Assembly: GCA_951406725.2 (NCBI GenBank)
Contig: OX597826.1
Span: 32,302,001-32,366,000 of the forward strand
From: Octopus vulgaris
Taxonomy: Eukaryota
Direction of reading: 5' to 3'
DNA length: 64,000 nt
The notes beneath the pieces are model-generated. The model had not been told where the DNA came from. It worked only from the letters and a program-made list of their open reading frames with translations, and did no database searches. A program made the translations under genes and the position numbers. Positions within the stretch are counted from its first letter, which is position 1, and every line of letters begins with the position of its first letter. Below, piece after piece: positions 1 to 12,954 of this stretch.

Positions 1-149
1 ATTACATCCATTCTGGTACATGAAGGGTTCATTAATTTAAAAGGTTCATTAATTTAAAGGCAAAGTTGACTGTGGCAGGATTTGAACTCAAAACAGAAAT
101 GTAACCAAATACCCCATTTTGTCCAATAAACTGCCCTTATCCATGTAAT

Positions 150-325
150 ATTCTTTTCTCCTCTAGGTACAAGGCCTAAAATTTTGGGAAGGGGCCAGAC
201 GATTAGATGGACTCTAGTACGCAACTGGTACTTAATTTATCGACCCCAAAAGGATGAAAGGTAAAGTCGACCTCAGTGGAATTTGAACTCAGAACGTAAA
301 GACAGATGAACTGCTACTAAGCATA
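150..325 (-). mobile_element. tRNA-derived SINE, family A (tail type 1)
   Basis: Reverse complement has a B-box (GAGTTCAAATTCC), the central block CCTTTCATCCTTTTGGGGTCGATAAATTAAGTACCAG and the tail AATTTTAGGCCTTGTACCTAGAG. About 20 related copies occur in the window; a further fragment lies at ~55-115. Confidence 0.85.
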
Positions 326-977
326 CTACTCCTGATTTCTAATGATTCTCCCCATTCACTGCATTATTAAAATTTAATATCAGTATCAATAATTCTGTGT
401 CAGTTTAAAGATAATTTCGTCCAACTCATTTCAGTTTTGTCATCCATCACTATTTTCTGTTTTTTAGTTCTTTTGTAATTTTGTAACCTGAATTTCAGAA
501 TCAGTCAAAGAGATTTTGGCAGTTGTTGTCATTCATGACCTGGTTTTCATTGCGTTTTAAAACCATTTTTATTTCTTTATAACGGAGCAATGAATGCTAC
601 AGTTTTTGACACTCACTCTTACAAACAGGTCAGAGAATGAAGGTTAATGTTTAAGGACCTTTTTTTGTTTTTGTTTAGGGCCCTCAAGATAGTTGGTAGG
701 AAGAGAAGACGATATCTTCAATGCCAGAGACCTGGACCATACACCTGCAGTAGAGCTTGAATCTGTTAAAGGTACCTGAAGATAGGGGGAGCTGGAGGGC
801 ATGTGTTAAGCAGAGTAAATGATTAAGCCTACCAGCTAAAGAGAAAAGAGAGCAATTTAACAATAACCATTGTCACTACTACTACTACTACTACTACTAC
901 TTGTAGTGTTGTTACTAATAATACTTTTTTTACTTCTAGTTTGACTTCAACAATCACTGGAGGTTACCCAACTTCAC

Positions 978-1435
978 ATATACACACACACACACACACG
1001 CACATACACACACACACGCACACACACACACGCACATGCATATGCATGCACATATACACACGCACTCACTGAACACTCTGACTATTAGTATTCTATAATT
1101 ATTGACTACGTTTGCTGCTGCGATTTATAATTAATTCCGTTTTGACAGCATTGTGACTCAAGGCTGCTACAAATTAGTATTTCATTTGTCTTGGAAAAAT
1201 GTAATACGCTCCACCCTCCACCCATAGACGCATGCACACACACACACTATCACCACAAGTCATTCAGGTGGGTTAAATTCTTTTATTATATATTACCATT
1301 TGTATTCGTTCAATTTGTGTGCTTATGTATGTTACTAGTGTGTGTATATGTATATGTGTGTGTGTGTATATGCATATATATATACACTCATATAAATACA
1401 TATATATATATATATGTATATATATGTATGCATGT

Positions 1436-1471
<36 letters not shown>

Positions 1472-1546
1472 CCACACACACATATATATATATGCATAGA
1501 TACACAAAAATATATGTGTTTATATATATATAAGTGTATATACATA

Positions 1547-1602
<56 letters not shown>

Positions 1603-1700
1603 CAGTTATGTACGTATGTATTTATCAGTGTGTACCTGTGTGTATTCACCTGTGATTGCCTCTCCATGTATAGGTATGTAGGTGTACGTGTATGCAATTG
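978..1700. repeat. (CA)n/(TA)n/(TG)n compound microsatellite region
   Basis: Directly visible dinucleotide tracts; they account for the YI/TH/CV-rich ORFs here. Confidence 0.9.
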
Positions 1701-2549
1701 AAAAAACTGTTTTGTTTATTTTTTTTTAAACTACCCATTTTCATTTTCCAAACGCTTTGTTATTATATTTGAACTCAAATAATATTCACTAGAAAATTAC
1801 TATTTACTTCCTTGTATTTATTTATTTATTGAATTTTGTTTCTCGATCTTTATTTATATATAATTTTACGGTTTATTTATATTGTATTTTTTTTTATTTT
1901 TTGCCAATTATTTTTATATATATATCTTTTTTATTTATTTTTGCCCGTTATTGATTTTTTTTTTGAAAGAATCAATCAAATGTCTGAAATTGAAAATACA
2001 ATTGAGTCATAGAACGGCTAATCAGCTTCTAAATTCCCAAAGTGTATATTTAGTTGTTATTAGTGATTTGAACACTAATTTCTTCCAATTACCTGACACA
2101 ATCAGTGTAAAACACTACTACCTTTTATTACAGATACCAAAAAAATACAAAAATCAAAAAATAAACAAACAAAAACACCCCTTCCTTTGCTTGTTTAACT
2201 AGTTTGGTGTCATGCCTGAGTATTCTCAGAAGGGGGAAGCCGAAACAGTGTAAAAACTGTTTTATTTGACAATAACTTTTTGTTGTCCATTTTCTGTTTG
2301 GTTCAAACAGTTACAATGCGAAATGGCTGGCCTAAATAGGTTAGAGTTTAAAGTAAATTAACAAGGTGTAAAATTTGTTTACAGGAACACCTAACAAACA
2401 AATGAGCCTCGTTTAGTTAATAAAAGAAACAGAAAATAAAATGTGAACAACAACAAACAGCAACAATTGCAACCATAAAAATAGCAGTAACTGCAAACTA
2501 AGACAATAACTTTGCTTTTCTTTATCAGAAAGTTAAACGAAGAATTTAA

Positions 2550-2802
2550 AGTAAAGATTGCTTGCCAACAAAACAGGGCAGTCCTGGTTTAGGACGAATG
2601 TTGCTGTAATTTAGCCCCAGGAGACATCGTCTTCAGCTGGCTATATGATACAATCTGTGTCCCTATATTTTTGAACAAGGGAATCTAGCACCCCCACTCA
2701 GCTCATAACAATATCTGTGTATTGCGATTTCCTGGGGCTAAATTACAGCAACATTCGTCCTAAACCAGGACTGCCATGTTATGTTGACAAATAATCTTTA
2801 CT
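2550..2802. mobile_element. MITE with ~73-bp TIRs, Kolobok-like
   Basis: Left arm AGTAAAGATTGCTTGCCAAC...AATTTAGCCCCAGGA is inverted at 2730-2802. TTAA sits immediately left. Related copies at 18443-18664 and 40999-41124. Confidence 0.8.
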
Positions 2803-2959
2803 ACAAAGTACTGTTGCTGAATATCTCACATTGTGAGATTTAAAAATAGTAATTTTCCAAAGAATTTGAAATTAATAGGTTTAGTGGTTAAGTCTTGAGT
2901 TCATGTGGTCTATTGGGAAAAGCAAAAGAGATAATATTTCTGTGGGATTCCACTTTGGG

Positions 2960-3400
2960 GAGGAAGGATAAAGCTCACTGTTCAGTATGTGATTAGTGGG
3001 AGAGAGACATAAGAGGTGTAAATGGAAGATGTCAAGTGGAAGGATCTGCTGGCTGGTAGAGATAAGTTCAGATTAACAGAAGCAGAAGTAGGTTTGTAGT
3101 AGTTTTGGGGTAGTTTTGTAGTAGTTTCGGTAGAAGTAGGAGAGAGAAGAAAAGAATATGCTGGTTGGTCACTGAGTAAGTCTTTGTCAAACAAAATACA
3201 AGGACTGGAGAAACCTGAATGACATAACAGATCAACTTAAAGAAATGGGTAAGAACAACATTCATCCAGATAAACATGATATTTCTATTGATAATGTTTG
3301 GGCAACAAAGATGCATAGAGTAGGGAGTGTTTATTCCATACAAATCCCTAACATTCCCTTTTAGAAGTATGCTAGAATATAGAGTGTGTAACTGGGACGT
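2960..3400 (-). pseudogene. Decayed LINE APE-endonuclease N-terminal relic
   Basis: Minus-strand translation gives ILLKGNVRDL (cf. ILQWNxRGL) and downstream PVLVFCLTKT (cf. PxIICLQET). Spacing is atypical and the rest is degenerate. Confidence 0.35.
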
Positions 3401-4889
3401 CAGATGTGGATTAGAGATGAAATAGAGATTTGTGTATCTGGAAAGAATAAGGTCAGAATAACCTTTTATTTCTTAAAAACCATCCTCGTTGTTGTTATAA
3501 TTATGATTATTACATTAAATATTCTTTTTTTTTTTTTTTGCTTTTATTGAAATTATTGGAGACTTGCTTTGACTCGAATTTTCATTTTTGAAAGCACATA
3601 ATTTATAATTGAAATTATTTCGTGATAAAAGAGCTTTATTAGCTGATTAGAAAGTCAAAGTTGATTTCTATATAGAAGTAGCGATAAATGAGGTTGGAAT
3701 GCTGGAGATCTCAATTCAGTTTATATTGGTTACAATATTTATTCAACTGGAACAATTTATTCTGCTATTGCATGTAAAGGTACACTTAATCAATTGTCTG
3801 TTGATTCAGTTAAATCACAAACTATTCTATTTAAAAAAATAAATAATCTGAACTCAATTATAAAAGGAACCAACATATTGCAATCGATCTGGGGCAAGAA
3901 TTCTGTTTTAGATAGACTCCATGGGAAATTCCATCAGCATTACAGAGGAGATGCTAAGTGAGTGTAATCATGGAAGCAATGGCTTTGATAAAGGATTCTT
4001 TGAAGTTTGTTTACCTCTGTAGATGAAATTATTTCAAAAGTGAAAATAGTGGTCTGAAATAAATGTCTTTGATTAGTATAATTTTAAATTTAGCATCAAA
4101 GGTTCAAATTGAAAGTTAATTCTTCTTTGGCATCAGTTAGTCTAGTGGTACGATGGGCTGTACACTGCTGGTCAGTAACTAAGCGATTGCTCCAGAATGC
4201 AAGCCTAGGCTGGATGTATGGAAAGTTTGGTTTATCTAGACAAGAGAATTCTCCCCTTGGCCTTTCTGGTGTAGTTTAAAGGCACACAGAGCTTGTGTTA
4301 GTGAAATAGTACGAAATCAAAAAGCCAGACTGTTTTAGAGGCTCCGCTTCAGATTTATTCCAAGATTTACTTCTTAGATTTTTCTCTTGTGAAGCAATGC
4401 AAATTTTTACCCATAGACAGAAACCTATAACCCTGGGCAAGGAACTTACACTATTTACCGTCAGTGAGAGCCAGTTGAACAGTGGCTCATCTCAGGCAGA
4501 TTGATCCTACTGTGAAGCAGCTATTGAAGTCACTATCTACTATCCAGGAAAGTCAACTACCACTTAACCTTAAGTAAGCAGAATATCAATTATAGCTTCC
4601 AAATATAAATTAACATATCATAATAATTTATTATGAAACAGACAAATCCTGTTCTTTATAACTTATTTAAAGAATTTATTAATCACTTCTCAGTTAGACA
4701 TTCCTTCATGGCAAAGTGCCTGATTAATCTCATTGATTGATGAATGATATAATGATTTACAGACCACAGTTCAAATGTTATTCAAGTTGACTTAAAATGT
4801 CATATTAAAGCAGTTTATAATTAATGTAATTTCTGGTCATATGCTGGAATAAATGGCCAATAACTAAATGATGTCCTACTTACTAATGT

Positions 4890-5030
4890 AAGTCGACAGT
4901 GGTTCATTCATGTGACAAAGATAGACAAAAGTAGAGATAGGAAGAAGTGGTGAAGAAGCCATCTGAGAATGCTGAGCTTCATGGAACAAAATGACAAAAA
5001 ACTGAAATGAATGAAAGCCAACCAACACCA
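4890..5030 (+). pseudogene. Decayed RTE-clade LINE 3' coding relic
   Basis: Translation RQWFIHVTKID and, after a frame change, EEVVKKPS/LRMLSFMEQ resemble the RTE C-terminal LRWFGHVxRMD...WxEVVKKDLRxL motifs. Confidence 0.35.
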
Positions 5031-5219
5031 ACACAGAATATCAAAGAGGAGAAGTTTCATTGTGAAGGCAATGATGACAAGGAAAGCAATTGCAGATGAC
5101 GATACTTATCTTGAGTAGAACGAGTCAAACTACACTATCTGTCTATCTGTCTGTCTGTCGGTCTGTCAGTTTGTCTGTCAGCCTATCTATCTATCTATCC
5201 CTCCTCCTCCTCCTCATCA

Positions 5220-5420
5220 TCATCATAGGAACATCCACTTTTCATACTTGCATGAAAGGGAAGAGAGTTTCTTAATGCAGAATTTCTATGGCTGGATACC
5301 GTTCCTGTAACCAACTCTTAGTTGTCTCCAAGTAAGATAATATCCCCCCATCATCAGACATGTTTCAACAGAGTATTGGAAATAAACAACACTCATTTAC
5401 AAGAATCTCACAATGTCAAG
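5220..5420 (-). mobile_element. RTE-tailed interspersed repeat (family F), degenerate
   Basis: CATCCACTTTTCATACTTGCATG tail next to (CAT)n, followed by GGCTGGATACCGTTCCTG...CCAAGTAAGATAATAT. Similar copies at ~11790-12000 and 57540-57780. Confidence 0.55.
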
Positions 5421-5549
5421 ATATCGATTCTCTGTTGAAGAATTTCTAATAGGAGGTATCTTACATGTTTCTCCTTTGTAACTCCTATTAGCAAATGAAA
5501 CACATGTAATGGTGCACACATAATATCAAAACTATTTTCCAATCGCCTG

Positions 5550-5552
<3 letters not shown>

Positions 5553-5648
<96 letters not shown>

Positions 5649-5771
5649 ATATGTACATACATGGACATAAATATATATATATATATATATATCTATATTT
5701 ATATATACATTCATACACATATATGTGTGTGTGTATTTCTGATGGCATCTTACATCTCTACCACTGTTACA

Positions 5772-5866
<95 letters not shown>

Positions 5867-5890
5867 ATATGTATCTATGTATGTATATCA
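5553..5890. repeat. (TA)n/(CT)n microsatellites
   Basis: Directly visible. Confidence 0.9.
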
Positions 5891-6559
5891 TCGTAATAAT
5901 CAGCAATCTGAAATATTTAGATATCATATTCATATATCATATTCATGATATCTGCATACATCAATTACTTCTATTTCATATTCTATAGCTGAATCATGAA
6001 TATAAGCTTCTTATTGTACACCTGTACAACACACTTACTAGCTGGATAAAAAAATAAAGGACGCCAAGATTTCCAGTACAGCATATTTCCAACAATTAAA
6101 CATAAAGTTAAAATAATAATAATAAAATATATAAAAAGAATCCCCAAACCAAATTTCAAATGCTTTTATATTCATCTTGGGCTTTTTTTCTTTTTTAATT
6201 AAGATTATCTGATCCCACAAGTCTTTTCATGTGTGATTATATGCTGGCAGCTAAGATGAAAAACTAAATCAAAATTGCACTAAGCAGCCAGCCTCGTTTT
6301 CATATCTGAGCAGTATTACCCTATATTTTCTAAGCAATGGTGAAACTATCAGCTATGAACTCTACAAAACTAGACATTGATTTTGCATGAAGTTCTAGGT
6401 TATTGCTGAAAAAAAAACCCCTGTCAACTTCATGTAGTTTGTTTGATAGATAGATAACTGCAGAAGATTATACAATATGTTAGAATATTTTACAGTTTTA
6501 ATAATGACTTTTAATAGCAGAATATACACAAGTTTGTTTTGTCTTTATTTTAGTCAAAG

Positions 6560-6686
6560 AATTTGACCCCAGGACTTATTCTTTGTAAGCCTACAACTTA
6601 ATCTATCGGCTGCTTTTGCCGAACCACTAAAAACACCAGCATTGGTTGTCAAGTAATGGTAGGGGAACAGAGACACACACACATAA

Positions 6687-6717
<31 letters not shown>

Positions 6718-6883
6718 AATACACAATGGGGTTCTTTCAGTTTCCATCTACCAAATCCACGCACAAGGCTTTGGTCAGCCTGAGGCTATAGTAGAAGACA
6801 CTTACCCAAGGTACCACACAGCGGGACGGAACCTGGAACCATGTGGTTGGGAAGCAAACTTCTTACCACACAGCCATCCTGCA

Positions 6884-6885
<2 letters not shown>
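6560..6885 (-). mobile_element. tRNA-derived SINE, family C, with internal microsatellite
   Basis: Reverse complement matches the 52564-53003 copy: head GGCTGTGTGGTAAGAAG...GGTTCCAGGTTCCGTCCC, ACCTTGGGTAAGTGTCTTCTACTATAG core and internal (TA)/(TG) tract. Confidence 0.85.
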
Positions 6886-6932
<47 letters not shown>

Positions 6933-6991
6933 GATGCTATTTCTACTGAGTTCAGTATGTGGCAAAGTAATTTATTTTACTAAGCCCTAAT

Positions 6992-7039
<48 letters not shown>

Positions 7040-7047
<8 letters not shown>

Positions 7048-7232
7048 TGGTTTTCTACTACTTATGCAGAGTTTGACCACCTCCTGTGCATACACTTCAG
7101 CATCATCATGGCATCTCATGCGGCTTTTTAAACTAGACAATGTTCTGAAAAGGCACCCACACAGATTGCATATCTGATTTGGACCACCAAGAGCTGCAGA
7201 TAAGTTCTGATCTTTGTGGATCTTAAAATATC
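7040..7232 (+). pseudogene. Possible Tc1/mariner transposase relic
   Basis: Frameshifted readings FKLDNV (cf. FQQDNA) and W-PPRAAD...LWILK (cf. WPPRSPDL...LWGxLK) occur in the correct order. Confidence 0.3.
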
Positions 7233-7254
7233 TTTATATATCTGTCTGGCAACT

Positions 7255-7444
7255 GTGCGGGTGGCACGTAAAAAGCACCCACTACACTCACGGAGTGGTT
7301 GGCGTTAGGAAGGGCATCCAGCCGTAGAAACACTGCCAGATTTGACTGGGCCTGATGAAGCCTTCTGGCTTCACAGACCCCAGTAGAACCGTCCAACCCA
7401 TGCTAGCATGGAAAACGGACGCTAAACGATGATGATGATGATGA

Positions 7445-7447
<3 letters not shown>
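7255..7447 (+). mobile_element. RTE-related SINE or LINE 3' end, family B
   Basis: GGCACGTAAAAAGCACCC...GTTGGCGTTAGGAAGGGCATCCAGCCGTAGAAAC...AACCCATGCTAGCATGGAAAACGGACGCTAAACGA(TGA)n tail. CpGs are retained, suggesting a young copy; multiple relatives in the window. Confidence 0.8.
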
Positions 7448-7489
<42 letters not shown>

Positions 7490-7492
<3 letters not shown>

Positions 7493-7635
7493 GGCTTCTT
7501 TCTGCTCAACAATTTCACTCTTATGGTTTTGGTCAGCCTCAGGCTACAAAAGATGACATTTTCTCAAGGGGCCACACAATGTGATTGAACCCAAAACCAC
7601 ATGCTTGAGAAGCAAACTTCTTAACCACACACCTA
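7490..7635 (-). mobile_element. SINE family C 5' half
   Basis: Degenerate match to the family C head and core. Confidence 0.7.
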
Positions 7636-8294
7636 CCTCTGTACCCATGAAATATGGAAAATATTTGGCAAGAAATTGTTTGCAGTATAAAATAAATGAG
7701 AGAATTAAACTAATTTTTAAATTCTAATTTTTATTATATTTCAGATGAGAGAAACAAATATTTCACACTGGTTTTTATTAGAATTTTAAAAAAGAAGTGG
7801 AAATTAAATTTCTATAGTTACTTCCTCTGTTACTAAAACCTATGAATATTCTATAAAGCTTAATTGCTATGATATTGGACCAAATGTATTTCATTTGCCA
7901 TGTAGAGCTTATTAAAAATTCAGGTGTCATTAGATTTGCTAATAACAATTTTATACATTAAACATAGAATAATTGCTTGTATTATACAAACTTTTATTTG
8001 AGAGCAATGGTTTGTGTTAATATAATTTTGTTGCTGAGATTTTAATAGCAGCAGACGGAGTTATTTCAGCCTGTTTGACACCAGCCTGCCTGAGATCAAC
8101 CCTGGTTCTTTGAAACAAACTTACTATTCCAAAGTGATTTACATTAAAAGTTTCCATCAAAATTTTATGTTAGATTATGTTGCAAACACCAGATTAATAA
8201 CGACAAAGTTATTTTACAAAATTTTCCCTTATTTTACAAAATTCTTCGTTTATTTTCAAAATTTATTGAAACAAAGGCAATGTATACCAAGAGA

Positions 8295-8775
8295 AATCAT
8301 CATCATCATCATCCTCATCATCACCATCATTTAACATCCATTTTCCATGCTGGCATGGGTTGGATGGTTTGACAGGAGCTGCATCAGGCTCTGATTTTCA
8401 GTTTGGCCTGGTTTTTTATTTCTTTATTGCCCACAAGGGGCTAAACATAGAGGGGAACAAACAAGGACGGACAAAGGGATTAAGTCGACTTCATTGACCC
8501 CAGTGCATAACTGGTACTTAATTTATCGACCCCGAAAAGATGGAAAGGCAAAGTCAACCTTGGCGGAATTTGAACTCATAACATAAAGACAGACGAAATA
8601 CTAAGCATTTCTCCAAGCATTGCTAACGTTTCTGCCAGCTCGCCACCTTGGCCTGGTTTCTATGATGGGATGCCCTTCCTAACACCAACCACTTTACAGA
8701 GTGGCCTGTATGATTTTGTACATGGCACCAGCACTGCTTCATACCAGAATAGATGCTTTTTACATGCTACCAGTA
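8295..8775 (-). mobile_element. Family B element interrupted by a family A SINE
   Basis: (CAT)n plus TTTAACATCCATTTTCCATGCTGGCATGGGTTGGA tail; family B sequence resumes after 8660 with GATGCCCTTCCTAACACCAACC. Confidence 0.75.
8417..8647 (-). mobile_element. Full-length SINE family A (tail type 2) with TSD
   Basis: TSD TTGGCCTGGTTT at 8403-8414 and 8648-8659; head, core and tail 2 (TTTAGCCCCTTGTGGGCAATAAAGAAAT) are all present. Confidence 0.9.
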
Positions 8776-11374
8776 CATGTGCATTCAAAATGGTACCATT
8801 ATAGGAAATATGGTATAGAAAGTGTTGAATTAGGGGGTGGAGATTTTACTGGAAATAATTGAGTTTGATTGTGAATTAGTGGGGGGTTTCTCTTGGCAGG
8901 TGTGGTTATGAAAGACCACTTATTGGTGAAAAGATAAGAATTTCTTTTCTCAGCTAGTGTTGGCATTGACATCAATGGTTGAGTATCCATCAGTAATTTA
9001 GTCAACAACAGGTAAGATTACTTTTAGCAGTCTACAAAGTTACTTTAAACTTGTTCCACATTTTTATAGTATAATGGCTAATAATTTGAGCAGATTATAA
9101 AATTAAATTTGTTTCATTTTCTTAAACTAAAAACAGAATTAATATACATACGCATATTATTAACAGACAATGATATACAAATAATAGAAGAAATATTTTT
9201 TTCCATTTTAATCTCTTTTTCTAGGCTCGATTAGATACAATTGTGTACATAGTAACACATATTTCTACATGTTACACTGTCTAGAATGTGAAGAAGTGGG
9301 AATATTGACTACGAGGTCATAAGTTGAAAAGAAAACATCATAGGCATTGTGGTGTTCACCTGACAAAGCACAAAACCTCAGCTTACTGCATTTTACTTGA
9401 TTGACAAAAAAAACAAAAAACAAGAAACAAGTTGCAACACTCCCATTTTAGAGTTAGCAGTAGGACATGAAGCACTAAAAATAATTACTCCAACAAAACC
9501 CATCCTTTACCTCCATGCAAGCTCAAACTTGGAAAAGTCAAAAAACAAAAATGGCAGTAAAATAGTAAACTGACTCACTTATGGCAGGTTTATGTTTTAT
9601 GACTGGTAGTAATGTTATTCAGCTGCAATCACTGTGAGGTTTCAGATGAAGAGATGGGGTTGGAAGGGGGTAGGTGGGAGGAGTAATAAGACTGTGTTAT
9701 AGCAATGCTTTTGTCAGGAGAATTAATGATGTATGCGGAACTGCTAGAAGCGAGAATTAAAACCATTTTGTAGATCTGATTCTCATGACATTTTGCAACA
9801 TTTACCAAAAAGTCATAATTTCAGGATTGATACCTAATTTCCAAGTAAGCCAGTTGAATGACAGAAACCTCATATCTTACGACAGATTTTTTTGAAAAAT
9901 CTCTTTACAATTAGGGTAGGTATCTTCGTTAATCACCTGTTGCACTTTCAGGTATTACTTCTAACACTAACAATGTAATGAGTTGGTAGAGTTGCTGAAG
10001 TAATGTCTCACTCTAATTTCATCTGCCTCTCTTCTATCTGAGTTCAAATCCTGCCATGATAAATTTTGTCTTTTATCCGTCCAAGGTTGATCAATAAAGT
10101 TAGATTTGGAAATTAATTCTTTTTCTTCATCTTTAATTCACTTGGAATTGGTTACATTGTTTGAAGGAGAGTGGAGGACCACTTCCAGCAATTTTTTCTT
10201 CAGAAATGGTGAAAGGTTAAATACAAAGTCACCTCTCATAGAACAATTTATATATGATTGGAAACTGGCCAAAAGCAAACATCATGGGGCAGACTGTAGT
10301 CTCTACTGTTCCTTACAATAAATTCTTTTAATCCTTGTTGATTTTACATTTATTCCGAACTGAGAGATATGATTTCAATTCCCACGAGAATCCTTTTTAT
10401 TTTTCGCAGGTTATTTATACTCATGAGAAAAATTGAAACACCCACACTTCCAGTTTCTTTATTCCTAAAATCTCAGTAATTTAAAATTCTTGCTTAATGG
10501 CTCTAAATCATTGCAGTTACAAGCTTAAGCAATTATAACAGAGTAGTTGAAATAAATTGTATGTTAGCATATTTAATACGGATGGTTTATATTTAATATG
10601 GATGGTTTATATGCTGGTTTTGCTTCTTGGAAACTTCTTGTTTATTATTTCGATAAGGTTAACTAAAATCGTTAACTTCAGCACTTAAAATTTATTTCCT
10701 GAAACCAGAGAAGTATCTGATTCTTTCAAAATTTAATATCTCAATATACTTTGCTTAGTCATCCATTCCAAGTTATATAGTATTAACATTTCTCTCTGTT
10801 TATTTTGAACAGTAAGAGAGAAGAAAAAAAAATAATGAATAACAGAAAAAAACAAAAAACAATCTACATCAATATATCTATATGGAAAATGGAATGAAGA
10901 CATTAGAAGCCAGAATTTATTTTATATTTTAGAGTTGTTGAAGAAACCAATGTATCAAAAAAAAAAAAAGAAGAAAAAAAGATTTAAAATGTTTTTGAAA
11001 TCTGTCTGGAAGAAATTATAGGCTATTTTTATTTCATTCCAAGATGACAAGAATCATTGTTTGAAATATTTGGAGATAGTTATCGATTCCACAACTGTAT
11101 ACATATTATACTGTTTCTCCTCTTCTCTTTTCTGCCACAACTACAACAAGAACCTCTGTTCCCTTAAACGAACAAGCTGTATATTTTATCACCAAAACCA
11201 ATCAGTCTCAGACACCAATCCATTCCTTTGTGTGTCATCTCAAGGGTATTGAATGCCCCAGATGCAAATTATATTTTCACACTGCCCAACAAAACGAAAC
11301 AAAGGATTATATTTTTTAATTAATTCGTTGAAGAAGGAAGGCTGAGAAAATATAATTTAGACCCCTTACATTGT

Positions 11375-11750
11375 CTTTTATTCATTTACCTGTCTTAGTC
11401 ATTAGACTGCACCTGTGTTGGGACACCACCTTGAAGAATTTCAGTTGAATGAAGTGAACCCCTGGGATTTATTTTATCAGTGTCTTCTGCTGGACTGCTA
11501 AGTTACAGGAACATATCATCACCAGTTGTCAAGAGGTGACGGAGGACAAACACAAAGATACACACACAGATATATATTTATAAATATAATGAGCTTCTTC
11601 CAGTTTCTGTCTGCCAAATCCACTCATAAGGCTTTGGTTAACCCAAGGCTATAATAAAAGAAACTTGTCCAAGGTGTCATGCTGTGGGACTGAACCAGGA
11701 ACTATTTGGTTTGGCAATAAGCTTCTTACCACACAACCATGCCTGCACTT
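11375..11750 (-). mobile_element. Near full-length SINE family C
   Basis: Collinear with the reverse complement of 52564-53003; short internal (TG/TA) tract. Confidence 0.8.
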
Positions 11751-12054
11751 ATATAACTGTGCTTATAGTTTGGATAACTTATTTATTCATTTAACATCCA
11801 GTTTTGAATGCTAGCTTGGCTAAGACAGGAAATTGATTTTACAGGATTATACTAACAGATACTTTTCATGTCACAATCCTTTCCTGTTTTTACAGGTAAG
11901 CTATTTCTATATTCCATAAGTATTTGAAAAGACAAAGAAAATAGACATTATGTCAAAAAAGGTCACCAACATTAGCATTACCATGCTTATAAAGAGACAA
12001 GCAAAACACCAAAATACACACATACACACACACACACACATGTGTTTGTGTGTG

Positions 12055-12510
12055 ATGGGCTTCACATAGTTTCCATTAGCTAAATGCTTTTACAAGGCTT
12101 TGGTTGATTTGGAGTGATAGTAGAAGATACTCAAGGTGCCTCACTATGGGATTGAACCCCAAACAATACAGTTGCAAAATGGACTTCTTAACTATACAGC
12201 AATGGCTGTAAAGTTTGGACATTGGTGTTTGTATATTTTGGATGATGTATATACACACCTTGAAGAATGTATACATAATTAATGCTCTCATATATATACA
12301 TATTGGTGTCATACAAATGGCACCCATGATGGTGGCATATAAAAGCAACCATTACTCTCTCAGAGTGTTGGAAGAGCATCTAGCTGTAGAAACCCTGTCA
12401 AATCAGACTGGAGTCTGGTACAGCCTTCCAGCTTGCCAGCCCTGGTCAAACTGTCCAACCAATGCCAGCATGGACAATGGACATTAAATGATGATGATGA
12501 TGATGATGAT
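12055..12510. mobile_element. Family C 5' half (minus, 12055-12200) and family B element (plus, 12320-12510)
   Basis: Matches to other in-window copies; the family B copy ends in TTAAA(TGA)n. Confidence 0.7.
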
Positions 12511-12651
12511 GCCTATGGTGACATATCATCTGGGCAGGGAATAGATATAATTTGGGCATCATGTATGTATATCTTGGACATCATATATACACAAGTAGAA
12601 GAAAGTATTTATAATTTGTGCTCTCTTTATATATATATATATATATATATA

Positions 12652-12830
12652 TTGGTAAAAACGGTAAGATAACAAAAGAAAGAAAGAGACCTCAATATTA
12701 TGTAAATAGAGGAAATTTATCTATAATGATGGCAAGATGGCCAGATAACCGAAGAGGTGGTGTTATGGATTTCCACTACGGCATCTGAAACTCAGAGTTT
12801 TATCTTGACTATTGAGTAATTGTAACATAT

Positions 12831-12832
<2 letters not shown>
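12652..12832 (+). mobile_element. Penelope-like pLTR fragment embedded in (TA)n
   Basis: Unique ~180-bp island flanked on both sides by (TA)n and containing a minimal hammerhead-like motif. Confidence 0.55.
12743..12805 (+). ncRNA. Minimal type-I hammerhead ribozyme-like motif
   Basis: Stem I AGAUAA/UUAUCU; core CCGAAGA; long imperfect stem II (GGUG...CAUC plus one extra U); GAAA; stem III CUC-A-GAG; putative GUU cleavage triplet ending at 12799. Confidence 0.7.
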
Positions 12833-12877
<45 letters not shown>

Positions 12878-12892
12878 ATACATATATGATAT

Positions 12893-12954
<62 letters not shown>

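Noticed and set aside
679-771. Plus-strand exon after a strong acceptor
   Set aside because: Stops occur in all three frames, the donor is weak and there is no other support.
10569-10612. 20-bp tandem duplication (similar small ones at 25-58 and 16985-17041)
   Set aside because: Ordinary slippage duplications with no sign of function.
11878-11901. Plus-strand recursive splice motif TTTTTACAG|GTAAGC (also CTACAG|GTATGT near 37519)
   Set aside because: The first lies within a degenerate family F repeat and the second has a poor pyrimidine tract. They show such motifs can arise by chance.
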